A DNA stretch of 64,000 nt from an uncultured Pelagibacteraceae bacterium (lineage in GTDB: Bacteria > Pseudomonadota > Alphaproteobacteria > Pelagibacterales > Pelagibacteraceae), in contig CACLNT010000007.1 in assembly GCA_902608385.1 (NCBI GenBank), forward strand, positions 3,879 to 67,878. Direction: 5' to 3'. Both the position numbers and the translations under genes were made by a program. The first letter of the stretch is position 1. Every line of letters begins with the position of its first letter. The notes under the pieces are model-generated. The model did not search any database. It saw nothing but the letters and a program-made list of their open reading frames with translations, and was not told where the DNA came from. Positions 22,169 to 35,012 of the stretch are shown piece after piece.

Positions 22169-22973
22169 TTTTATTGGCAAACTTTAAATAAATTCTTGAA
22201 ATTTCATGATCAGGGTTAGCTTCGACAATTGGTTTTCCTTGGTCTCCAAATTTTCCAACTTCTGGATTAATTGGAATTTCACCTAAAAATTCTTTATTAA
22301 AATCTTCTGCAGTTTTTTTAACCCCACCTTCACCAAAAATATTATATTTCTTTCCATCATCACCAATAAAGTAACTCATGTTATCTACTAACCCTAAAAT
22401 TTTAACTCCAAGTTTATCAAACATTTTAATTCCTCTTTTTACATCTAGTAAAGCTACTTCTTGAGGGGTTGATACTATTATTGCTCCGTCCATTTTGATT
22501 TCTTGTGAAAAAGTTAATTGTGTGTCACCAGTTCCTGGAGGCATATCAACAACGATAAAATCTAAATCTTTCCATGAAACTTTTTGTGTAAAAGTTTTAA
22601 TTGCACTAGTTACCATTGGTCCGCGCCAAATCATTGGTGTTTGTTGATCGGCAAGAAAACCAATTGACATACATTGAATATCATATTTTATAATTGGACT
22701 TAAAGTTTGACCGTCACTTTTTGGTTTTTCATTTATATCAAACATTTTTGGAATTGAGGGGCCATAAATATCTGCATCTAGCAAACCAACTTTACATCCA
22801 GCTTTTTTTAATGCTAAAGCTAAGTTAGTTGCAAATGTAGATTTACCAACACCTCCTTTTGCACTTGATATAGCTATAGTATATTTTGTTCCTTGAATTG
22901 GGTTTTTTATGAAGGTTTTACCACCTAATTTTTTCTTCATAGCGTCACTTAGCTCGGGCTTTTCCTTTGGCAT
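22149..22973 (-). CDS. mrp: Mrp/ApbC/NBP35 family P-loop ATPase
   Basis: [33 protein letters not shown]. Confidence 0.93.
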   Translation of the reverse strand: MPKEKPELSDAMKKKLGGKTFIKNPIQGTKYTIAISSAKGGVGKSTFATNLALALKKAGCKVGLLDADIYGPSIPKMFDINEKPKSDGQTLSPIIKYDIQCMSIGFLADQQTPMIWRGPMVTSAIKTFTQKVSWKDLDFIVVDMPPGTGDTQLTFSQEIKMDGAIIVSTPQEVALLDVKRGIKMFDKLGVKILGLVDNMSYFIGDDGKKYNIFGEGGVKKTAEDFNKEFLGEIPINPEVGKFGDQGKPIVEANPDHEISRIYLKFANKIKSTYL

Positions 22974-23022
22974 ATACTTATCTTAACTTGTTTTTCTTCG
23001 TAAAGACATTATATAGATTGTC

Positions 23023-24123
23023 ATGGTTGATGATTTCAAAGGCAGAGGTGGAAGTCCTTGGGGTTCGCCCCCAGGAGGAGGAGGAGGAAATGGTTCAGGA
23101 AGAAGACCAACTCCGCCAGACATTGATGAGATTATTAGCAAAATTCAAGATACTATTAAAAAATTTTTACCTGGTGGAAGTGCATCAGGGGGCAAACCGA
23201 TTATTTTAGGTTTAATTGTTTTAGCGTTTATCTGGATGGCAAGTGGACTATATAGAGTTTTACCAGATGAACAGGGTGTTGTTTTAAGATTTGGAAAATT
23301 TGTAAAAACAACTCAACCTGGATTAAATTATCATATTCCTTTTCCAGTAGAGTCAGTTCAAACCCCAAAAGTTACAAAAGTTAACAGAATGGATATTGGC
23401 TTTAGATCTGAAAGAGATAGTGGTTTTTCAACCGGTGGAGGTGTAGCAGATGTTCCAGAAGAAAGTTTAATGTTAACTGGTGATGAAAATATTGTGAATA
23501 TAGACTTTTCTGTTTTTTGGGTAATTAAAGATGCTGGAAAATTTTTATTTAAAATTCAAGACCCACAAGGAACAGTTAAAGCAGCAGCAGAAACTGCAAT
23601 GAGAGAAGTTATAGCTAAGAGCGCTATTCAACCTATTTTGACAGAAGGTAGAGCGAGCATTGAAATTGAAACTCAAGAAATTATTCAAGCAATATTAGAT
23701 GAATACAATAGTGGAATTGAAATAACACAAGTACAAACTCAAAAAGCTGATCCACCAGATCAAGTAATTGACGCATTTAGAGATGTACAAGCTGCAAGAG
23801 CTGATATGGAACGATCAAAAAATGAAGCAGAAGCTTATGCAAACGATGTTATCCCAAGAGCTAGAGGTGAAGCGCAAAAAATTTTACAAGCTGCAGAAGC
23901 ATATAAAAAAGAAGTTGTTGCAAAAGCAGAGGGTGAAGCTAGTAGGTTTTTATCCATTTATAACGAGTATTCAAAAGCGAAAGTAGTAACTAAAAAACGT
24001 ATGCACCTTGAAACTATGGAAAAAGTTTTAGCTGATATTAATAAAATTATTATAGATAAAAATGCTGGATCAGGAGTAGTGCCATATCTTCCATTAAAAG
24101 AATTACAAACGGGAACTAACTAA
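23023..24123 (+). CDS. hflK: FtsH modulator HflK
   Basis: Gly/Pro-rich PWG N-terminus, TM helix, SPFH domain with MLTGDENIV, AFRDVQAA, ARGEA. Confidence 0.95.
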   Translation: MVDDFKGRGGSPWGSPPGGGGGNGSGRRPTPPDIDEIISKIQDTIKKFLPGGSASGGKPIILGLIVLAFIWMASGLYRVLPDEQGVVLRFGKFVKTTQPGLNYHIPFPVESVQTPKVTKVNRMDIGFRSERDSGFSTGGGVADVPEESLMLTGDENIVNIDFSVFWVIKDAGKFLFKIQDPQGTVKAAAETAMREVIAKSAIQPILTEGRASIEIETQEIIQAILDEYNSGIEITQVQTQKADPPDQVIDAFRDVQAARADMERSKNEAEAYANDVIPRARGEAQKILQAAEAYKKEVVAKAEGEASRFLSIYNEYSKAKVVTKKRMHLETMEKVLADINKIIIDKNAGSGVVPYLPLKELQTGTN

Positions 24124-24992
24124 TGAAAGCAAATAAATTTATACTTCCAATTATAGTAGCAGTTGCGGTTCTAGCATTTTTTTCAATTTTTATTGTAAAA
24201 GAAGTTAACCAAGCAATTGTACTGCAATTTGGTGACCCAAAAAAAATAATAACAAAACCTGGATTAAATTTTAAATTACCATTCATTCAAAACGTAGTAT
24301 TTTTAGATAAAAGAATTTTAAATTTAGATGCACCACCTGAAGAAGTAATTGCATCAGATCAAAAAAGATTAATTGTAGATGCATTTGCAAGATTTAAAAT
24401 TATTGATCCATTAAAATTTTATATTTCAGTTGGTAACGAAAGAGTTGCAAGATCAAGATTGGCAACAATTATTAATTCAAGAATTAGAAGTGTTCTTGGA
24501 ACACAAAGACTACAGACGCTTTTATCAGAAGATAGAAATAAACAAATGGCTTTAATTCAGGAAGGCGTTAACAATGAAGCAGAAAAATTTGGAATTAAGA
24601 TTGTTGATGTAAGAATAAAAAGAGCAGATCTACCACAGGCAAATAGTGAAGCAATTTATAGAAGAATGCAAACCGAAAGGGAAAGAGAAGCAAAAGAATT
24701 TAGAGCAAGAGGAGCAGAAATGGCTGTTACAATTACCTCAACAGCAGATAAAGAAGTTACTGTAATTTTAGCAAATGCTAACAAACAATCAGAAATTATG
24801 AAAGGTGAGGGAGATGGATTGAGAAACAAGATCTTTGCAGAAGCATTTGGTCGAGATCCTGAATTTTTTGCATTTTACAGATCAATGCAGGCTTATGAAA
24901 CAGCATTAATAGGTGGCGAAACATCAATCATAATGTCACCAGAAGATAGCGAATTTTTTAAATTTTTTGGAGAAGCTTTAAACCAAAATTAA
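24123..24992 (+). CDS. hflC: FtsH modulator HflC
   Basis: SPFH domain, DVRIKRADLP, RMQTER, DPEFFAFYRSM. Confidence 0.95.
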   Translation: MKANKFILPIIVAVAVLAFFSIFIVKEVNQAIVLQFGDPKKIITKPGLNFKLPFIQNVVFLDKRILNLDAPPEEVIASDQKRLIVDAFARFKIIDPLKFYISVGNERVARSRLATIINSRIRSVLGTQRLQTLLSEDRNKQMALIQEGVNNEAEKFGIKIVDVRIKRADLPQANSEAIYRRMQTEREREAKEFRARGAEMAVTITSTADKEVTVILANANKQSEIMKGEGDGLRNKIFAEAFGRDPEFFAFYRSMQAYETALIGGETSIIMSPEDSEFFKFFGEALNQN

Positions 24993-25009
24993 ACATATCC
25001 AAAAACTCC

Positions 25010-25195
25010 ATGAAAGAATTAATCATTGCGTTTGGTCTTTTTCTTTTTATTGAAGGTATTTTATATGCCTTATTTCCATCAAAAATGAAAAATATGTTAA
25101 AAAAGATGGAGATAATAAAAGATTCTCAATTAAGAACAGGAGGGTTAATTTTCGCCATTATTGGGTTTATTATCATTTGGTCAATTAAAAATTAA
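25010..25195 (+). CDS. DUF2065-like small membrane protein
   Basis: IEGILYALFP...LRTGG, in the usual position after hflC. Confidence 0.85.
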   Translation: MKELIIAFGLFLFIEGILYALFPSKMKNMLKKMEIIKDSQLRTGGLIFAIIGFIIIWSIKN

Positions 25196-25196
25196 A

Positions 25197-26600
25197 ATGA
25201 AAAAAATAAAAATAATATTTGTAGCTTTTTTAGCATTTAATTTCTCTATTTTTGCTAATGCAAAAAATACACCAGAATCATTTGCAGATTTGGCAGAAAA
25301 ATTAATGCCATCTGTTGTCAACATTTCAACAACTCAAACAATTGTAACTAATGTTAACCCTTTTCCTTTTGAATTTCCTCCAGGGTCGCCGTTTGAAGAT
25401 TTGTTTAAAGAATTTGGCACTCCTCAAAAAAGAAAAGCTAGTGCTTTAGGTTCGGGATTTATAATTGATGCCAAAGGAATAGTGATTACAAATAATCATG
25501 TCATTAAAGGTGCAGAAGATATTATGGTTACAGTTAATGGAGAAAAAGAATATAAAGCAAAAATAATTGGTACAGACCCTTTATCTGATCTTGCAGTTTT
25601 AGAAATACAATCAAAAGATAAATTTATACCTGTTAAATTTGGAAATTCTGATAAAGCAAGAATTGGCGACTGGGTTTTAGCAATCGGAAATCCTTTTGGG
25701 TTTGGAGGAACGGTCACTGCAGGAATTATTTCAGCAAGAAATAGATCTATTGGTTTAGCAAGATATGAAGATTACATTCAAACTGATGCATCAATAAATC
25801 AAGGTAACTCTGGTGGACCATTGTTTGATATGAATGGAGATGTAATTGGAATCAATACTGCAATTTTAGGGAGAGAAGGTTCAATTGGAATTGGATTTGC
25901 AATTCCATCTAACAGTGCAAAAAAAGTTATTAGTCAATTAATTGAATTTGGAGAAACAAAAAGAGGATGGCTAGGAGTAAGAATTCAAATTGTCACTAAA
26001 GAAATTGCTGATGTAGAAAAATTAGACAAACCACGAGGAGCTTTAATTGCAAGTGTTGCTAAAAACAGTCCATCAGATAAAGCAGGAATTAAAGCTGGAG
26101 ATATTATTTTAGAATTTGATGGTATCTTAATTAAAGAAATGAAAGAGTTACCAAGAATTGTAGCCCAAACGGAAGTTGGTAAAACTGTTAAAGTAAAAGT
26201 CTGGAGAAATGGAAAAGAAATAACTAAAAAAATTAAACTAGGAAGACTAGAAACATCAGAAGATTTTAAAGCAGAAAAAAAAGAAAAAACAGATTCAAAT
26301 ACTTCAGAAATTAAAAGTTTAAAAATATCAGTTAGAGTTTTAAGCAAAAAGGATATTGAAGATAGAAATCTTCCAAAAGACATCTCAGGTTTGGTAATAA
26401 CAAATATTCAGCAAGATAGTCCAATTAATTTTTTAAAAATTAATAATATTATTATTGAAGCTCAAAAGAAAAAAATTAGATCGGTTAAAGATTTTAAAAA
26501 AATAACTGAAAATGTTCTTCAGTCTAATGAAAAAACAATGCTTATTGCAATTTACAATAATCAGAACCAAAGAAGATATATTGGTGTTAAACTAGACTAA
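25197..26600 (+). CDS. degP: DegP/Do family periplasmic serine protease with PDZ domains
   Basis: Signal peptide from ATG 25197, GSGFII, TNNHV, DLAV, GNSGGPL, RGWLGV. Confidence 0.92.
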   Translation: MKKIKIIFVAFLAFNFSIFANAKNTPESFADLAEKLMPSVVNISTTQTIVTNVNPFPFEFPPGSPFEDLFKEFGTPQKRKASALGSGFIIDAKGIVITNNHVIKGAEDIMVTVNGEKEYKAKIIGTDPLSDLAVLEIQSKDKFIPVKFGNSDKARIGDWVLAIGNPFGFGGTVTAGIISARNRSIGLARYEDYIQTDASINQGNSGGPLFDMNGDVIGINTAILGREGSIGIGFAIPSNSAKKVISQLIEFGETKRGWLGVRIQIVTKEIADVEKLDKPRGALIASVAKNSPSDKAGIKAGDIILEFDGILIKEMKELPRIVAQTEVGKTVKVKVWRNGKEITKKIKLGRLETSEDFKAEKKEKTDSNTSEIKSLKISVRVLSKKDIEDRNLPKDISGLVITNIQQDSPINFLKINNIIIEAQKKKIRSVKDFKKITENVLQSNEKTMLIAIYNNQNQRRYIGVKLD

Positions 26601-26602
26601 TA

Positions 26603-27544
26603 ATGGACAACCAGTCCAAGATTATTTTAATTTCAGGTCCAACAGCATCCGGCAAATCAAATTTTGCATTAAAACTTGCTAAAAAAATTGATGGAGAAAT
26701 TATCAATGCAGATAGTATGCAAATTTATAAAGAATTAAAAATTTTAACTGCAAGACCTAATAAAGCGGAACAAAGAAAGATTAGACATCATCTTTATGGA
26801 CACATTAGTGCAAATAAAAATTTTTCAACTGGAATTTGGTTAAAATTAGCTGTTAATAAAATTAAAGAAATTAAAAGAAAAAAAAAAATTCCAATTGTAG
26901 TTGGTGGTACAGGCTTATATTTTCAATCTTTAATAAATGGATTGGTTAAAATACCAATTATTCCAAAAAAATTAAGAAATAAAATAAGATCATTACATAA
27001 AAAATATGGACAGAAAAAATTTTACCAAAAGCTTCTAAAATTAGATCCAAAAGTAAAAAATAAATTTGATCCTAACGATTCACAAAGATCAATTAGAGCA
27101 TTTGAAATTAAAACTCATACAAAAATTTCCATGTATGACTGGTTTAATAAAACTAAATCTATTTTTAATGAAGATGTATTTATGAAATTTTATGTGAGTA
27201 CTGAAAGATCAGAATTGATCAAAAGAATCGAAAAAAGAACTGCAAATATGATCAAAAAGGGTGCAATTCGAGAAGTTATTAAATTTAACAAACTAAGAAT
27301 TAAAAAAGAGAAAAGTATTAATAAAATCATTGGCATTGATGAATTAACAAAATATTTGAATAAACAGATTAAATTAAAACAAGCTAAAGAGCTAATTAGT
27401 ATTAAAACACGACAATATGCGAAGAGACAGACAACATGGGCAAGAAGCAGGATGATTGATTGGACTAAAATTGAGCCTAAGAAACTTTCATCAACAATAA
27501 AAAAAATAAATAAATCATCTCTTAAACTTGACCAATTAATATAA
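26603..27544 (+). CDS. miaA: tRNA dimethylallyltransferase
   Basis: GPTASGKS, NADSMQIY, GGTGLY, TRQYAKRQ.TW. Confidence 0.96.
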   Translation: MDNQSKIILISGPTASGKSNFALKLAKKIDGEIINADSMQIYKELKILTARPNKAEQRKIRHHLYGHISANKNFSTGIWLKLAVNKIKEIKRKKKIPIVVGGTGLYFQSLINGLVKIPIIPKKLRNKIRSLHKKYGQKKFYQKLLKLDPKVKNKFDPNDSQRSIRAFEIKTHTKISMYDWFNKTKSIFNEDVFMKFYVSTERSELIKRIEKRTANMIKKGAIREVIKFNKLRIKKEKSINKIIGIDELTKYLNKQIKLKQAKELISIKTRQYAKRQTTWARSRMIDWTKIEPKKLSSTIKKINKSSLKLDQLI

Positions 27545-27563
27545 AGTCCGATAGATTGCCTTA

Positions 27564-29330
27564 ATGTCAAAATTATATTCAGGCGCAGAAATTGTATTTA
27601 AATGCTTACAAGACCAAGAAGTAGAATTTGTCTTTGGCTATCCAGGGGGAGCAGTTCTACCAATTTATGATGAGCTAAAAAATTTTAATTCTGTAAAACA
27701 TATCTTAGTTCGCCATGAGCAAGGCGCAGGCCATGCTGCGGAAGGTTATGCAAGATCTTCGGGAAAACCAGGAGTAGTATTTGTTACTTCAGGGCCAGGT
27801 GCAACAAATGTTGTTACAGCATTAACAGATGCATTTATGGATTCGATTCCTTTGGTTTGTATCTCAGGACAAGTTCCTACACATTTAATCGGAACTGATG
27901 CTTTTCAAGAATGCGATACGACTGGAATAACGAGACCATGTACAAAACATAATTGGTTAGTTAAAGACATTAAAGATTTAGGAAAAACTATTCACAAAGC
28001 TTTTGAGGTAGCAACAACAGGAAGACCAGGACCTGTGCTGGTTGATATTCCAAAGGATGTTCAATTTCAAAAAACAGGTTACACAAAACTTAAAAAACAA
28101 AAAAAACTTAATGGCAAAATTCATAATCAATTTTCTCAAAAAGACATTAATGAATTAATAAAATTAATGAGCAAAGCCTCTAAGCCAATTTTTTACACTG
28201 GAGGAGGTGTAATAAACTCAGGACCAAAAGCAAGCGAACTTTTAAGAGAGCTTGTCAGCGTAACTGGTTTTCCTATTACAACAACATTACAGGGACTCGG
28301 ATCTTATCCTGGTGAGGATAGTTATTTTTTAGGAATGCTTGGTATGCACGGATCATACGAAGCAAACAACGCAATGCATGATTGTGATTTAATGATAAAC
28401 ATTGGCGCAAGATTTGATGACCGAATAACAGGAAAGATTGATGAATTTTCGCCTAAATCAAAAAAAGTTCATATTGATATAGATCCATCTTCAATAAATA
28501 AAAATGTTAAAGTGGATTTGCCAATCATAGGTGATGTTGCAGAAGTTATTACTTCTACAATCAAGACTATAAAAAAAGTAAAACCTGGTTTTGCAAAGTC
28601 AAACAAGGAAAAAATTTCTAAATGGTGGGAAAAAATTCAAAAATGGAGATCTGTTAACTCTTTTGATTTTGTTAACAGCAATGAAACTATAAAACCACAA
28701 TATGCAGTTCAAAGACTTTATGAGTTAACAAAGAATAAAGACACTTATATAACAACAGAAGTTGGTCAGCATCAAATGTGGGCAGCACAGCACTATAAGT
28801 TTGATAAACCTAATCGTTGGATGACATCAGGTGGTTTAGGCACAATGGGATACGGTCTACCAGCTGCTGTTGGAGTTCAAGTAGCCCATCCAAATAAACT
28901 TGTTATTGATATTGCGGGTGAAGCATCAGTTTTAATGACTATGCAAGAAATGTCTACTGCAGTTCAATACAGCTTACCAATAAAAATTTTTATTTTGAAT
29001 AATGAATATATGGGTATGGTTAGACAATGGCAGGAACTTCTTCATGAAAAAAATTATTCTGAAAGTTATACTGCAGCCCTACCAGATTTTGTAAAATTAG
29101 CAGAAGCATATGGATGCGTTGGAATTAGAGCAAAAACACCTGATGAATTAGATGATAAGATTATTGAAATGATTAACACAGATAGACCAGTTATTTTTGA
29201 CTGTATGGTTGATAAAGAAGAGAATTGTTTTCCAATGATACCATCTGGAAAACCACATAATCAAATGCTTTTAGGAGAAAAAGATCGAAAAGAAACAAAA
29301 ATAAGCAAGAAAGGAAAAACTTTAGTTTAA
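27564..29330 (+). CDS. ilvB: Acetolactate synthase large subunit
   Basis: FGYPGG, RHEQ, TSGPG, GARFDDR, GQHQMW, SGGLGTMG. Confidence 0.95.
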   Translation: MSKLYSGAEIVFKCLQDQEVEFVFGYPGGAVLPIYDELKNFNSVKHILVRHEQGAGHAAEGYARSSGKPGVVFVTSGPGATNVVTALTDAFMDSIPLVCISGQVPTHLIGTDAFQECDTTGITRPCTKHNWLVKDIKDLGKTIHKAFEVATTGRPGPVLVDIPKDVQFQKTGYTKLKKQKKLNGKIHNQFSQKDINELIKLMSKASKPIFYTGGGVINSGPKASELLRELVSVTGFPITTTLQGLGSYPGEDSYFLGMLGMHGSYEANNAMHDCDLMINIGARFDDRITGKIDEFSPKSKKVHIDIDPSSINKNVKVDLPIIGDVAEVITSTIKTIKKVKPGFAKSNKEKISKWWEKIQKWRSVNSFDFVNSNETIKPQYAVQRLYELTKNKDTYITTEVGQHQMWAAQHYKFDKPNRWMTSGGLGTMGYGLPAAVGVQVAHPNKLVIDIAGEASVLMTMQEMSTAVQYSLPIKIFILNNEYMGMVRQWQELLHEKNYSESYTAALPDFVKLAEAYGCVGIRAKTPDELDDKIIEMINTDRPVIFDCMVDKEENCFPMIPSGKPHNQMLLGEKDRKETKISKKGKTLV

Positions 29331-29878
29331 TGACAAAAGCAAAATCAGCTTATAGCACACCAGGCAAACAAGGAAAGTTAGGTACACATATTATTGTTGT
29401 GTGGGTTGATAACGAAGCTGGAGTTTTAGCAAGAGTTGTTGGCTTATTTTCTGGTCGTGGGTATAACATTGAGTCTTTGGCAGTAGCAGAAATAGATCCT
29501 AAACTAAATATTTCTAGGATTACAATTGTAACCACAGGAACACCACAAGTTATAGATCAAATAAAACTACAACTAAAAAAACTTGTTCCTGTTCATAAAG
29601 TAGCAGATTTTAAAAGAGAAGATAAAGAAGTAATTTTTAAAGAAATGGCTTTATTTAAGGTAGTAGGAAATAATTCTAAAAAAGATAAGGCTTTAAAAGC
29701 TTGTAAAAAGTATAATCCAGTTATATTGGACAAGACAAATAAATCATACGTGATACAAATAACCGCTTTAAGAAGACAAATAGATGTTATGTCAAAAAGT
29801 TTAAAAAAATTCGGTCTAGTGAGTGTTTCGAGAACAGGAGCAGTTGCAATGACAAGAGGCTCAGAGGTGTTTAAATAA
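29330..29878 (+). CDS. ilvN: Acetolactate synthase small subunit
   Basis: ACT domain NEAGVLARVVGLFSGRGYNIESL; C-terminal SRTG. Confidence 0.92.
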   Translation: MTKAKSAYSTPGKQGKLGTHIIVVWVDNEAGVLARVVGLFSGRGYNIESLAVAEIDPKLNISRITIVTTGTPQVIDQIKLQLKKLVPVHKVADFKREDKEVIFKEMALFKVVGNNSKKDKALKACKKYNPVILDKTNKSYVIQITALRRQIDVMSKSLKKFGLVSVSRTGAVAMTRGSEVFK

Positions 29879-29886
29879 TTTATTAG

Positions 29887-30918
<1,032 letters not shown>

Positions 30919-30957
30919 ATTAAACTGCTAATTTTGGGTTTAAATACTTAAATTATT

Positions 30958-30985
30958 TTGCAATCTCCCTTGGAGATTGTATGAT
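30958..30985 (+). promoter_or_regulatory. Putative leuA promoter overlapped by an inverted repeat
   Basis: TTGCAA-N16-TATGAT with CAATCTCC-CTT-GGAGATTG (30961-30979) spanning the spacer. Confidence 0.45.
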
Positions 30986-31008
30986 GTCCAAGATTAATAT
31001 TTACAGCA

Positions 31009-32595
31009 ATGACAGATAAAAACAGAGTTTATATTTTTGACACTACTATGCGTGACGGCGAACAATCGCCTGGCGCTTCAATGAGTTTGGAAGAAAAAAT
31101 CCAAATAGCAAGAGTCTTTGATGAACTTGGAATAGATATAATTGAAGCTGGATTTCCAATTGCTTCCCCAGGTGATTTTGAAGCTGTAACTGAAATAAGT
31201 AAAATTTTAAAAAATTCTATTCCCGCAGGTCTTTCAAGACATTCAAAAAAAGATATCGATAGATGTTATGAAGCATTAAAACATGCACCAAGATTTAGAA
31301 TTCATACTTTTATTTCAACAAGTCCACTTCATATGAAGCACAAATTAAATATGTCACCAGAACAAGTTTATGAGTCAGTTAAAGAGCATGTAACTTATGC
31401 AAGAAAATTTACCGATAATGTAGAATGGTCATGTGAAGATGGTACAAGAACTAATATGGATTTTATGTGTAAAACTGTTGAGCTTGCAATTAAGTGTGGG
31501 GCTAAAACAATAAATATTCCAGACACTGTTGGTTATACAGTGCCATCCGAGTTTACAAAAATTATTCAAACTTTACTTAATAAAGTTCCAAATATCGATA
31601 AAGCAATTTTATCTACACACTGTCATAATGATTTAGGTTTAGCGGTTGCAAATTCATTAGCTGGAGTACAAGCAGGAGCTAGACAAATTGAATGTACAAT
31701 TAATGGAATCGGAGAAAGAGCAGGCAATGCTGCTTTAGAAGAAGTTGTAATGGCTATGAAAACTAGAAATGATTTAATGCCATACTCAACAGGTATAAAT
31801 ACAAAATTACTAAGCAAAGCTTCAAAAGTAGTTTCAAATGCTACAGGATTTCCTGTTCAGTTCAATAAAGCAATTGTTGGAAAAAATGCTTTTGCTCATG
31901 AGGCAGGCATTCATCAAGATGGAATGCTTAAAAATAGAAACACTTATGAGATTATGACACCAGAAAGTGTAGGAGTTAAACAAAGTTCTTTGGTTATGGG
32001 TAAGCATTCTGGACGACATGCATTTAAGGATAAATTAGTTAGCCTAGGCTATGTTGATGTTACTGATGATGTTATTCAAACAGCATTTGGAAAATTTAAA
32101 GTTTTAGCAGATAAGAAAAAACATATTTATGATGAGGATATTGTTGCGTTAGTTGATGATAGTTTAATTAAAGATGACAATGTTATTATTCTTAAATCAT
32201 TAAAAGTTTTTGCTGGAACTGGCGAACCTCAGAGAGCAGAAATGACTTTAGAAGTTTATGGAGAGATTAAAAATACTTCCGAAACAGGTGATGGACCTGT
32301 TGATGCAATATTTAAATCTATTAAAAAATTATATCCGCACGATGTTACTTTGCAACTTTATCAAGTACATGCTGTAACAGAGGGAACGGACGCACAAGCA
32401 ACCGTGAGTGTGAGAATTGAAGAAGAAGGAAAAACTACAGTCGGTCAAGCGGCTGACACGGATACTTTAGTTGCATCAGCAAATGCGTATATTAATGCTT
32501 TGAATAAAATGATTATAAAAAGAAAAAGAAATTTTGCACCTGATAGCACAGAAATAAAAAAGAATTTAAAAAATGAAAAAATGAAAGGAATATAG
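31009..32595 (+). CDS. leuA: 2-isopropylmalate synthase
   Basis: DTTMRDGEQ, HCHNDLG, GIGERAGNA, HEAGIHQDG, regulatory GDGPVDA. Confidence 0.97.
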   Translation: MTDKNRVYIFDTTMRDGEQSPGASMSLEEKIQIARVFDELGIDIIEAGFPIASPGDFEAVTEISKILKNSIPAGLSRHSKKDIDRCYEALKHAPRFRIHTFISTSPLHMKHKLNMSPEQVYESVKEHVTYARKFTDNVEWSCEDGTRTNMDFMCKTVELAIKCGAKTINIPDTVGYTVPSEFTKIIQTLLNKVPNIDKAILSTHCHNDLGLAVANSLAGVQAGARQIECTINGIGERAGNAALEEVVMAMKTRNDLMPYSTGINTKLLSKASKVVSNATGFPVQFNKAIVGKNAFAHEAGIHQDGMLKNRNTYEIMTPESVGVKQSSLVMGKHSGRHAFKDKLVSLGYVDVTDDVIQTAFGKFKVLADKKKHIYDEDIVALVDDSLIKDDNVIILKSLKVFAGTGEPQRAEMTLEVYGEIKNTSETGDGPVDAIFKSIKKLYPHDVTLQLYQVHAVTEGTDAQATVSVRIEEEGKTTVGQAADTDTLVASANAYINALNKMIIKRKRNFAPDSTEIKKNLKNEKMKGI

Positions 32596-33633
<1,038 letters not shown>

Positions 33634-33639
33634 AATATT

Positions 33640-34494
33640 ATGGATACAGCTAGCAGAGATGATTTTGTTATAGCTATCCGTTCAGCTTTTTTAAAAAAAG
33701 GAAATAAACAAAGATTTTCATTAATTTTTTTAATTTTTTTATCATTAGCATTTTTATTCTTGGGAAGAATAAATTTTGAACCAATTAACCAAGTAAAAAT
33801 TGTAATTAGAGAAGCAGTTTATCGTTCATCATTTATTGTTTCAGTTCCTGAAAATTATTTAAAAAAAACCTATCAAAAAATACAAAGTCATTTTGTTATT
33901 TATAATGATTATTTCGAAATTAAATCTGAAATTGAAAAACTAAATTCAGAAAAAACGGTTGATCAATTTATTATTGAGGAAAACAAAAGATTAAAAAAAA
34001 TAATTGATGATTATGTTGCAGAATCTGAAGAAGTAGTTGCTAAAATTATAATAGATAAAAATAGTCCCTTTTTAAGATCTTTAATAGTCAATAAAGGAAG
34101 CAAAAATAATATAAAACTTGGAATGGCAGTTCTCGACAAAAATTATTTAATTGGGAAAGTAGTTGAAGTTAATTATTTAACTTCAAGAGTTTTGTTATTA
34201 TCTGATTTAAATAGCAAAATTCCAGTTATTATTGAGCCTGGTGGTTTCCAATCAATTCTTTCAGGAACAGGTAAAAATGATGGAATTATACAGTATCTTA
34301 AAGAAAATTATTTAATCGAAGGTAAGAATACAGTCTACACATCAGGCGCTGGAGGATTGTTTAAAGCTGGAATACCAATAGGCAAAATTAAAAAAAATCA
34401 ATTAGACGAACCAAATAAAGTTAATTTTTTTTCAGATTTTTCACAACTGCGATTTGTTAAAGTAAAATCATTTGAGAAAGAAGAGAGTAATTAA
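33640..34494 (+). CDS. mreC: Rod shape-determining protein MreC
   Basis: TM helix, coiled coil ENKRLK, NKGS, TSGAGGLF.AGIPIG. Confidence 0.9.
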   Translation: MDTASRDDFVIAIRSAFLKKGNKQRFSLIFLIFLSLAFLFLGRINFEPINQVKIVIREAVYRSSFIVSVPENYLKKTYQKIQSHFVIYNDYFEIKSEIEKLNSEKTVDQFIIEENKRLKKIIDDYVAESEEVVAKIIIDKNSPFLRSLIVNKGSKNNIKLGMAVLDKNYLIGKVVEVNYLTSRVLLLSDLNSKIPVIIEPGGFQSILSGTGKNDGIIQYLKENYLIEGKNTVYTSGAGGLFKAGIPIGKIKKNQLDEPNKVNFFSDFSQLRFVKVKSFEKEESN

Positions 34495-35012
34495 TGGTTG
34501 AATTTTCAAAAATTACAATCAGCAATAAATTATTAAGATATGCTCCAATTTTATTGCTTTTTATATCAGTATTAAATGAGTTTGATTTTAATTATTTAGA
34601 ACTTAAATATTTCTCTTTTAATTTTCCATTTGTTTTAATTTTTTACTGGAGCTTAAAGAAACCTGAAAGTTTAGGTTATGGTTTTATTTTTATTGCAGGA
34701 TTAATAAATGATGTAGTTGTAGGATTTCCAATGGGAATTAGCAGTTTAGTTTACTTATTCATCTGTGGTTCAGCTGCCTATTTTAGAAATATTACTTTAA
34801 ACACAAGCTTATTTAAAGATTGGATTTTTTTTTTAGCAACAATATTAGTAGTAAACACCATGCTCTATTCAATATTGGTTTTATTTTTTTCATTCAACCT
34901 AAATTACAATGATTTAATAGTGAATTTAATATTTACTTTTTTACTTTATGTTATTTGTGCAAATTTATTTGAATTATATGAAAAATTAGTTTTTGGAAAT
35001 CAAAATGTTTGA
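34494..35012 (+). CDS. mreD: Rod shape-determining protein MreD
   Basis: Hydrophobic, YWSL..P, GLINDV..G.P.G; lies between mreC and mrdA. Confidence 0.85.
   Translation: MVEFSKITISNKLLRYAPILLLFISVLNEFDFNYLELKYFSFNFPFVLIFYWSLKKPESLGYGFIFIAGLINDVVVGFPMGISSLVYLFICGSAAYFRNITLNTSLFKDWIFFLATILVVNTMLYSILVLFFSFNLNYNDLIVNLIFTFLLYVICANLFELYEKLVFGNQNV

Noticed and set aside
23040-23120. GC-rich GGA repeats at the start of hflK
   Set aside because: They encode the normal Gly/Pro-rich HflK N-terminus.
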